A stretch of 64,000 nt of DNA, from the NCBI GenBank assembly GCA_902580665.1, contig CACHLP010000001.1, positions 15,912 to 79,911 on the forward strand, given 5' to 3'. The stretch is from an uncultured Pelagibacteraceae bacterium. GTDB lineage: Bacteria; Pseudomonadota; Alphaproteobacteria; Pelagibacterales; AG-422-B15. The position numbers and the translations under genes were made by a program. Shown here one piece after another: positions 57,622-64,000 of this stretch. Every line of letters begins with the position of its first letter. The first letter of the stretch is position 1. The notes beneath the pieces are model-generated. The model had not been told where the DNA came from, did not search any database, and worked only from the letters and a program-made list of their open reading frames with translations.

Positions 57622-58301
57622 GACTTGATTTAATGTATGAGTCATTCTTTAAAATAGTTGAGGGAATCCCTCTTACTTTACAGGTAGTATCAATCTCTAC
57701 AATATTAGGAATTTTTCTTGCCGTAGCAGTTGCTTTAATGAGAATTTCTGGGAGCAAATTAATGTCTTTGCCCGCTTACTATTTTGTTTATCTCATAAGA
57801 GGCACGCCTCTGCTCTTGCAATTATACTTTGTTTATTATGGTCTAAGCCAATTCGAATTCATTAGAGAAAGTATACTATGGCCATTATTAAAAGAGCCAT
57901 ACTGGTGTGGAATAATAACTCTTACCATAAGTACAGGAGCATATTCATCAGAAATTATTCGTGGAGGAATATTATCTGTTTCAAAGAATTATATTGAAGC
58001 TTCAGGCGCACTCGGATTATCGAAGGCAAAGACTTTTATGTTAGTTACATTACCCATTACGGTAAGACAGGCGCTTCCAGCATATGGCAATGAACTTATC
58101 TTGATGGTTAAGGCAAGTTCTCTCATTTCCATTGTCACCCTGATGGAAATAACGGGGATAGCAAGAACAATTATATCTAAAACTTATGCTCCTGTTGAAA
58201 TATTCCTGGTAGCTGGTTCAATTTATTTAGCTATAAATTTCATAATTGTTATATTTGTTAATCTTGCAGAAAGAAGGCTTGGAATAGAAAAAGCTACCTA
58301 A
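57618..58301 (+). CDS. polar amino acid ABC transporter permease (HisM/OccM-like)
   Basis: EAA loop EASGALGLSKAKTFMLVTLPITVRQALPAYGN. ATGA overlap with the upstream permease. Confidence 0.85.
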   Translation: MRLDLMYESFFKIVEGIPLTLQVVSISTILGIFLAVAVALMRISGSKLMSLPAYYFVYLIRGTPLLLQLYFVYYGLSQFEFIRESILWPLLKEPYWCGIITLTISTGAYSSEIIRGGILSVSKNYIEASGALGLSKAKTFMLVTLPITVRQALPAYGNELILMVKASSLISIVTLMEITGIARTIISKTYAPVEIFLVAGSIYLAINFIIVIFVNLAERRLGIEKAT

Positions 58302-58767
58302 GGTCCTTGACAAAATTATATTCTAAAGTTTCACTGATATCATTTAATTTTCTGGTCTTTTTTGATTTTTTATAATTCATTTTTGAATACATCTTGTGAG
58401 CTTCCTTAAATCTAGTATCTGTCCATAAGAAAACTTTAGATTTATTCTCTCTTAGAGCAATATTCTCTACCTTTTTAACTAAAAGTTTTGCCAATCCTTT
58501 TTTTCTAAATTTTTGGTCTATGTATAGTTTATGAATTTCAATTTCATTTTTTTTACTTGGAAGATATCCCATGCATCCAATAATTTTTTTTTTATTTTCT
58601 AAAACCCAAAACTTTCCTTTTTGTCCATGAAAATAAGAGTATACATATTTTAGTTCTGGTGAGTCATTGTCTACATCAAGAAAACAGTTTTGATAGTCCT
58701 TAAAACACTTTCTGATTAATTTAATAATCTGTTCTGAGTCTTTATTTCTTGCTAGTCTTAGATTCAT
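58294..58767 (-). CDS. GNAT-family N-acetyltransferase
   Basis: Acetyl-CoA motif A context HKLYIDQKFRKKGLAKLLVKKVE, 157 aa. Confidence 0.8.
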   Translation of the reverse strand: MNLRLARNKDSEQIIKLIRKCFKDYQNCFLDVDNDSPELKYVYSYFHGQKGKFWVLENKKKIIGCMGYLPSKKNEIEIHKLYIDQKFRKKGLAKLLVKKVENIALRENKSKVFLWTDTRFKEAHKMYSKMNYKKSKKTRKLNDISETLEYNFVKDLR

Positions 58768-58787
58768 GAGATTTAATTATACTTTAA

Positions 58788-59597
58788 ATGAGCTATTTTA
58801 ATAATAAAACGATATGGATTACAGGAGCTTCTTCTGGAATAGGAGAGGCATTGGCTGTTCATCTCTCAAAACTAAATGCGAACCTCATTCTTACTGCTAG
58901 ACGAAAAGATGAACTAGAAAGGGTTAAAAATAGGTGTGGTAATAGCAATGTGTATATATTTCCGTGTGATCTTGAGAATATTGATAATATAGATGAACTA
59001 TCAAATAAAGTTTATGCTCAGTTTGATCAAATCGATATTTTGATAAACAATGCAGGTGTATCAGCGTGGTCTTCTATAAAGGATACAAATTTTGATGTAT
59101 TTGAAAAAGTTATGAAGCTAAATTATTTGTCAGTGGTAAAATTAACGCAATCCGTATTGCCAAAAATGATTGAACGCAAATCGGGACAAATAGTTGCAAA
59201 TACAAGTTTATTAGGAGTTTTAGCAATAAAAAATAGAGGAGTTTATGCATCTTCTAAGCATGCAATGCATGGTTTTATGAATGTATTGCGGGCAGAAATG
59301 CACGAACATAACATCAAAGTGAATACTGTCGCTCCAGGTTTAGTGGATACTGAAGTAGGCATTAAGGCATTGACTGAAGATGGATCTACCTATGGAAAAA
59401 ATGATAGAGGACATGCTACTAAGGGAATGTCAGCTGAAGAAGCCGCTAAAATGATCATGAATGCAATTAAAAAAAATAAGAGGGAAACTTATATTATTCC
59501 AATGTTTAGTATTTCAAAAATTGCTATTTATTTGAATAGGTTTCTGCCTGGCATAGCTTCAATATGGTCACGAAACTATAATGAAGTAGAAGATTAA
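58788..59597 (+). CDS. short-chain dehydrogenase/reductase (SDR)
   Basis: TGASSGIGEALA, NNAG, YASSKHA catalytic motif. Confidence 0.85.
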   Translation: MSYFNNKTIWITGASSGIGEALAVHLSKLNANLILTARRKDELERVKNRCGNSNVYIFPCDLENIDNIDELSNKVYAQFDQIDILINNAGVSAWSSIKDTNFDVFEKVMKLNYLSVVKLTQSVLPKMIERKSGQIVANTSLLGVLAIKNRGVYASSKHAMHGFMNVLRAEMHEHNIKVNTVAPGLVDTEVGIKALTEDGSTYGKNDRGHATKGMSAEEAAKMIMNAIKKNKRETYIIPMFSISKIAIYLNRFLPGIASIWSRNYNEVED

Positions 59598-59608
59598 AAT
59601 TGTAAGTC

Positions 59609-60193
59609 TTATTTTTTAATATCTTCAATTAAAAACTTCATACTATCTATGCCCCAAAACATTTCATTTTCAAGATAGAATGTAGGAACGCCAAATGACC
59701 CTCTTCCAATTGCAAATTCAGTATTTTCTCTTAATTTGTTTTTTATTTCATCACTTGATATGCCCTCAGAAAATGCGTTAGCATCAATTCCAGATTGATT
59801 TGCAACTTGAGTTAATATTTCTTGATCATTTAAATTCATTGTTTTTACCCAAATAGACTCAAACATAGTTTCCATGTATTTTTTAAGAAGCCCTTCTTTT
59901 TGAGCTAATACGGCACCACGCATGTGAGGAACAGTAAGAATTGGAAAGTAAGGATTCATTTTGAATGGAATATTTAATTTCTTTGACCAACGAGTAATAT
60001 CCTTAAACATGTATTCACCTTTTTTTGGCACAGAAGCAGGAGGTTGATTTCCTGTAGCCTTGAAAATGCCACCAAGTAAAACGGGCAATATTTCTACTGA
60101 TGCTCCAGCATCTTTAATAACATTTAAGTTATTATAGGCTAGATAAGAGTACGGACTTCCAAAATCAAAGCAAAATGTTACGTTTTTAGACAT
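59609..60193 (-). CDS. DsbA-fold 2-hydroxychromene-2-carboxylate isomerase family protein
   Basis: FCFDFGSPYSYLA N-terminus and C-terminal GSFGVPTFYLENEMFWGIDSM, typical of HCCA-isomerase/kappa-GST-like proteins. Confidence 0.75.
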   Translation of the reverse strand: MSKNVTFCFDFGSPYSYLAYNNLNVIKDAGASVEILPVLLGGIFKATGNQPPASVPKKGEYMFKDITRWSKKLNIPFKMNPYFPILTVPHMRGAVLAQKEGLLKKYMETMFESIWVKTMNLNDQEILTQVANQSGIDANAFSEGISSDEIKNKLRENTEFAIGRGSFGVPTFYLENEMFWGIDSMKFLIEDIKK

Positions 60194-60234
60194 ATTTGAT
60201 GGTATATATATAAAGAAAAAAAATAAATAGTAAA

Positions 60235-61380
60235 ATGAAGATTGCAGTAATTACAGGAGAAGAGTCAGGAGATAAACTAGCGGCCTCTGCCATTAAAGAA
60301 CTTAAACTTCAATACAAAAATAATATTTATCTTTTTGGCATTGGAGGCAATGCCTTAAAAAAACATGGAATAGATAATTTATTTGATATCTCAGAAATAA
60401 ATGTAATGGGCCTTATAGAAGTTTTGCCCAAGGTGCTAAAGATTAATACAATTATAAATAAAACGGTTGATAAAATTATTGAGATGAAACCGGATATAGT
60501 TTTTACGGTCGATAGCCCGGACTTTACACTGAGAGTAGCGAGGCGAATAAAGAGTAAAAACAGAGAACTTAAAATTATTCATTATGTTGCTCCAAGTGTA
60601 TGGGCATGGAGACCTGGAAGAATTAAAACTGTAAAAAAATCAGTCGATCACTTACTAACCATACTTCCATTTGAAAAAAAAATCTTTGACTCTCACAATA
60701 TAAAAACAACTTTTGTAGGCCACCCAATAACAGAGGTAGATTTAAGTGAATACAAGATTGATACAATAAAAAAGCCAGAGTCATTACAAAAAGAAATATT
60801 TTTAATAATGCCAGGTAGTCGCAGAAAAGAGATTGAAATGCTTCTTCCTACATATCTAAGTGCGGTCGATGAAATGAACTTAAAGACGAGATTTCGACTT
60901 GTAGTTCCAACAACAAAAAATATGACTGAAACAGTCAAAAGAATCATTGAAGATTATTCATCTAATATACCAATTGAGCTTATTGATGAAGAAAAAGAAA
61001 AATATTCGTACTTTCTCAAAGCTAATTTTGCTATTGTTACATCAGGAACAGCTGCATTAGAACTAAGTTACTTTAATACGCTATACGTTACGGCTTATCG
61101 CTTTAATCCATTAACTTTCTTCTTACTTAATTTAATGATTAAGTCAAAAATTGGCAATCTGATTAATATCATACTTGGTAAAATGATTATTCCAGAACTG
61201 CTACAAAATGATTGTAATAAAAAAAATATTATAAAATATATTAACAAATACTTAGAGGATGAAAATTATAGGACTGATATTCTCAATCAAACCAAACAAG
61301 CAATTAAACAATTAAGCACTACACAAACACCAAGTCGTTTAGCGGCGGCAGCGATATTGGAAATTCACAATGAGCAATAG
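60235..61380 (+). CDS. lpxB: lipid-A-disaccharide synthase LpxB
   Basis: MKIAVITGEESGDKLAA, DSPDFTLRVA, YVAPSVWAWRPGR, GTAALE. Confidence 0.92.
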   Translation: MKIAVITGEESGDKLAASAIKELKLQYKNNIYLFGIGGNALKKHGIDNLFDISEINVMGLIEVLPKVLKINTIINKTVDKIIEMKPDIVFTVDSPDFTLRVARRIKSKNRELKIIHYVAPSVWAWRPGRIKTVKKSVDHLLTILPFEKKIFDSHNIKTTFVGHPITEVDLSEYKIDTIKKPESLQKEIFLIMPGSRRKEIEMLLPTYLSAVDEMNLKTRFRLVVPTTKNMTETVKRIIEDYSSNIPIELIDEEKEKYSYFLKANFAIVTSGTAALELSYFNTLYVTAYRFNPLTFFLLNLMIKSKIGNLINIILGKMIIPELLQNDCNKKNIIKYINKYLEDENYRTDILNQTKQAIKQLSTTQTPSRLAAAAILEIHNEQ

Positions 61381-61894
61381 ATCAAATTATACAGAGATTG
61401 AAGGTAAAGCTCTATGGTACTTGCAGAGATACGCAACAAGCTCAGAAAACTTAAGAAGTTATTTAAAAAGAAAAGTTCAAGAAACACATTTAAATACTGG
61501 ATCTGATGAAATAATAAATGCAATTATCTCTTCATTAGAGGATCAAAAAATATTAGATGATAAGTTATTCTCTGAAAGCAAAATCAGAAACTTTCTTAAT
61601 AGAGGTTGGTCATTAAAAAAAATTCAGTTTAGACTTCGTGAACTTAGAGTTAAAAGTAATGTAATTGAAGAATGCATTGCTGAAGCAAAGGAAGTAAATA
61701 AAGATTTCGATTTAATTGCCGCAGTAAAACTAGCGAGAAAAAAATCAATAGGGCCCTTTAGAAAAAAAGAATTAAATGATAAAACTAAAAATAAAGAGTT
61801 AGGAATTTTGTCAAGAGCTGGTTTTTCTTATAACATTGTTAAACAAGTTTTATTTGAATCAGATATTGAGGAACTAGAGGCATTATATGATTAA
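61370..61894 (+). CDS. recX: RecA regulator RecX
   Basis: Three-repeat helical RecX pattern (ALWYLQRYATSSENLRSYLKRK...DDKLFSES...). 174 aa. Confidence 0.75.
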   Translation: MSNRSNYTEIEGKALWYLQRYATSSENLRSYLKRKVQETHLNTGSDEIINAIISSLEDQKILDDKLFSESKIRNFLNRGWSLKKIQFRLRELRVKSNVIEECIAEAKEVNKDFDLIAAVKLARKKSIGPFRKKELNDKTKNKELGILSRAGFSYNIVKQVLFESDIEELEALYD

Positions 61895-62642
61895 AGGTAA
61901 AGTAGTTATTGTAACAGGAGCAGCGAGAGGTTTAGGCCAAAAGTACATTATTGAAATGGCTAAGGAAGGGGCTAAAGTTATCTTCGCTGATATCAATGAT
62001 TGCAGCGAAACTGAAGTGAAAGTATCGGAAATAACAAATGATTACTTATGCCTTAATCTGAATGTTACTGAATTTGACTCTTGTTGCAAGTTGGTTAGTA
62101 GTACTGTTAAAAAATTTGGGAAAGTGGATGTTCTTGTCAATAATGCAGCATTATATGGAGCGCTTAAAAGCTCTAGGTTTGAAGATATTGATCCTGAGCA
62201 ATGGGATAGAGCTATGAATGTAAATGTGAAAGGCTTGTGGAATTGTTGCCGTGCAATTTCTCCAGTTATGAGAGAAAATAAAAATGGATCAATAATCAAT
62301 ATAGCCTCACTTGCTGCAAAATACGGAATGCCTTATGCAGCAGACTATGCAACATCAAAAGCAGCGGTAATAGGACTTACTCGTGTAATGGCAAGGGAAA
62401 TGGGAAAAGACAATATTCGAGTGAACGCGGTTGCTCCATCTATGGTGAAGACAGAATCAGCAAAAGAGTTCCTAGGAGAAAAAGCAGAAAGAGGATTTGA
62501 AGTTATCTCAAAAGGGCAAATACTTCAAAAAACACTAGAAGTAGACGATATTTATGGAACAATTTTATATTTAGCTAGTGATCATAGTAAGTTTGTTACT
62601 GGACAGACAATAATGGTGGATGGGGGTAGTATACTATCATAG
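61887..62642 (+). CDS. SDR-family oxidoreductase (FabG-like)
   Basis: TGAARGLG, NNAA, YATSKAAV, C-terminal GQTIMVDGG. Confidence 0.85.
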   Translation: MIKGKVVIVTGAARGLGQKYIIEMAKEGAKVIFADINDCSETEVKVSEITNDYLCLNLNVTEFDSCCKLVSSTVKKFGKVDVLVNNAALYGALKSSRFEDIDPEQWDRAMNVNVKGLWNCCRAISPVMRENKNGSIINIASLAAKYGMPYAADYATSKAAVIGLTRVMAREMGKDNIRVNAVAPSMVKTESAKEFLGEKAERGFEVISKGQILQKTLEVDDIYGTILYLASDHSKFVTGQTIMVDGGSILS

Positions 62643-62644
62643 GC

Positions 62645-62773
62645 ATGGTTGAAAAAAGTAAACTAAAAAGCAATCCAATAGCAAGAGAGTTAAGGACCAC
62701 AAAATATAAACCACATAAAATTCAGAATAAAAAAAAAATACAGGAACGTAAGCGGGTAAAAATTAAATTATGA
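62645..62773 (+). CDS. hypothetical hyper-basic small protein (42 aa)
   Basis: ATG 62645, 2 nt after the SDR stop, to TGA 62771-62773, which overlaps the nitroreductase ATG (ATGA). MVEKSKLKSNPIARELRTTKYKPHKIQNKKKIQERKRVKIKL has 16 of 42 residues as K/R. Below the track cutoff. Confidence 0.5.
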   Translation: MVEKSKLKSNPIARELRTTKYKPHKIQNKKKIQERKRVKIKL

Positions 62774-63435
62774 TTAGTGTTTCTGAGGCTGTTGACAAAC
62801 GAAAATCGATAAGATCATTTATTGATAAGCCTATAAGCGATGAAATAATTAAAAAAATTTTAGAAAAATCAGGTCGATCACCTTCGGGAGGGAACTTGCA
62901 ACCTTGGAAGATTTATATTCTAAATGGGCAAACAATGAATGATTTTCTTTCTTTTCAAAAAGATTGGAAAGGCACAGATCATCCTGAGTATCCGATTTAT
63001 CCATCAAAGCTTAAGGAGCCATACAGGACGTCAAGATTTGAGGTGGGTGAACAGCTTTACGGCTCAATAGGTATTGAACGTGAAGACAAAGAAGCAAGAT
63101 ACAATCAAATGCTTGAAAATTATAACTTTTTTGGAGCTCCTGCAGCGCTTTTTTGTTTTATAGATCGTCAAATGAATCATCCTCAATGGTCAGATTTAGG
63201 CATGTTTTTACAAACATTTATGTTATTAGCGCAAGAGGAGGGAATTGATACTTGCGCTCAAGAGTCATGGTCGTTAAAGCAAAAATTAGTTTCAGAGTTT
63301 GTCAGTGCTGAGGCTGATCTTATGTTGTTCTGTGGTATGGCAATTGGATATAAAGAAATGTCTGCACCAATAAATAATTATCAGACCAAGAGAAGAAACA
63401 TTGATGAATGGGTGACTTTCGTTTCTAAAAAGTAA
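62770..63435 (+). CDS. nitroreductase-family flavoprotein
   Basis: KRKSIRSF N-terminal motif, SPSGGNLQPW, about 220 aa. Confidence 0.85.
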   Translation: MISVSEAVDKRKSIRSFIDKPISDEIIKKILEKSGRSPSGGNLQPWKIYILNGQTMNDFLSFQKDWKGTDHPEYPIYPSKLKEPYRTSRFEVGEQLYGSIGIEREDKEARYNQMLENYNFFGAPAALFCFIDRQMNHPQWSDLGMFLQTFMLLAQEEGIDTCAQESWSLKQKLVSEFVSAEADLMLFCGMAIGYKEMSAPINNYQTKRRNIDEWVTFVSKK

Positions 63436-63436
63436 A

Positions 63437-64000
63437 TTACTCATAAAGATTGATTATAGTTTCAGCCAACTCTTCTGGCTGATCTTCTTGGATAAAATGA
63501 CCACCATGAATTAACTTATGATTCATTCCTTCACAACCTGGAATTAATTTTTGAAATATTTTTTCGCCACCAGCAGAAACTTTATCTTCAGTTCCAAATA
63601 TTGTTACTGTTGGTTTTTTGAACCGCTTTAAAATTTTCCAAGCTTCTATATTTTCAGGGACACTTGGAGAATCTGGATCCATGGGCACAAGAGTTGGGAA
63701 CTGTCTTGCGCATGCTAAATAGTCCTCACCTGGAAAAGGAGCATTGTAGGCCTCAACTGCCTTATCAGATATTTTGTTGACTGTACCTCCAAAGACAATC
63801 CTTCCAGAATTAAACTTTTCAACAGTCTGACTATATTTTTTCCAAGCATCAAACCCCTCTGAAGATCCTTTGCCAATAGGGAGCCAAGTATTTGATAGTA
63901 CAAGGCCATCAAACAGTTCGGGATGATTGGCAACCATTCTCAAACCAATAAGTCCTCCCCAATCTTGGGCAAAAAGAGTTATATTTTTTAAACCTAACTG
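63437..64000 (-). CDS. alpha/beta-hydrolase, DhlA-type (HLD-I) haloalkane dehalogenase-like; N-terminus outside window
   Basis: The frame stays open to the window edge. It reads ...LGLKNITLFAQDWGGLIGL (nucleophile elbow QDWGG), then is collinear with Xanthobacter DhlA (AYNAPFP...; GGHFIQE near the C-terminus). The 'M' at 63943 in the track is an internal TTG. Confidence 0.7.
   Translation of the reverse strand, partial: QLGLKNITLFAQDWGGLIGLRMVANHPELFDGLVLSNTWLPIGKGSSEGFDAWKKYSQTVEKFNSGRIVFGGTVNKISDKAVEAYNAPFPGEDYLACARQFPTLVPMDPDSPSVPENIEAWKILKRFKKPTVTIFGTEDKVSAGGEKIFQKLIPGCEGMNHKLIHGGHFIQEDQPEELAETIINLYE

Overview
This is a visibly AT-rich, very tightly packed chromosomal segment with many 1-20 bp start/stop overlaps and few intergenic gaps over 150 bp. 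It reads as core genome of a streamlined free-living alphaproteobacterium, probably SAR11/Pelagibacterales-like. The class call is supported by a circularly permuted two-piece tmRNA gene; the finer lineage is only an impression. Left to right: assorted small enzymes (GST-like, PEAMT-like methyltransferase, rhodanese), mlaC-mlaA, an EamA transporter, an AmpD-type amidase and RNase P RNA. Next comes a complete division/cell-wall (dcw) cluster: mraZ-ftsZ-rsmH-ftsL-ftsI-murE-murF-mraY-murD-ftsW-murG-murC-murB-ddl-ftsQ-ftsA-lpxC. It is followed by bamD, ligA, pepP-like, uvrD, fumC, ssrA, thyX, apbC/mrp, hflKC, degP and miaA. Then come ilvB-ilvH-ilvC, a Leu-rich leader plus leuA, and directly behind it the elongasome operon mreBCD-mrdA-rodA. 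The right-hand 11 kb is more accessory-looking. It holds a glycine-amidinotransferase-like enzyme, a divergent flavoprotein, two tandem paralogous small membrane proteins and a basic-amino-acid/opine-type ABC importer without an ATPase. It also holds GNAT, SDRs, lpxB, recX, nitroreductase and a DhlA-type dehalogenase fragment. I found no CRISPR array, transposase/integrase, prophage, tRNA gene or recognisable defence system, so I do not claim a new multi-gene system. The observations most worth a second look are these. (1) ftsZ is relocated to the 5' end of the dcw operon, directly behind mraZ and a phased 4x TGGGN operator-like array. (2) The FtsZ linker contains a perfect 63-bp tandem duplication. 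(3) A 28-codon leader with 10 Leu codons precedes leuA. (4) The amidinotransferase / flavoprotein / small-membrane-protein / importer neighbourhood. (5) An unannotated, translationally coupled 42-aa hyper-basic ORF. All family calls come from motif recognition by eye; no searches were run.
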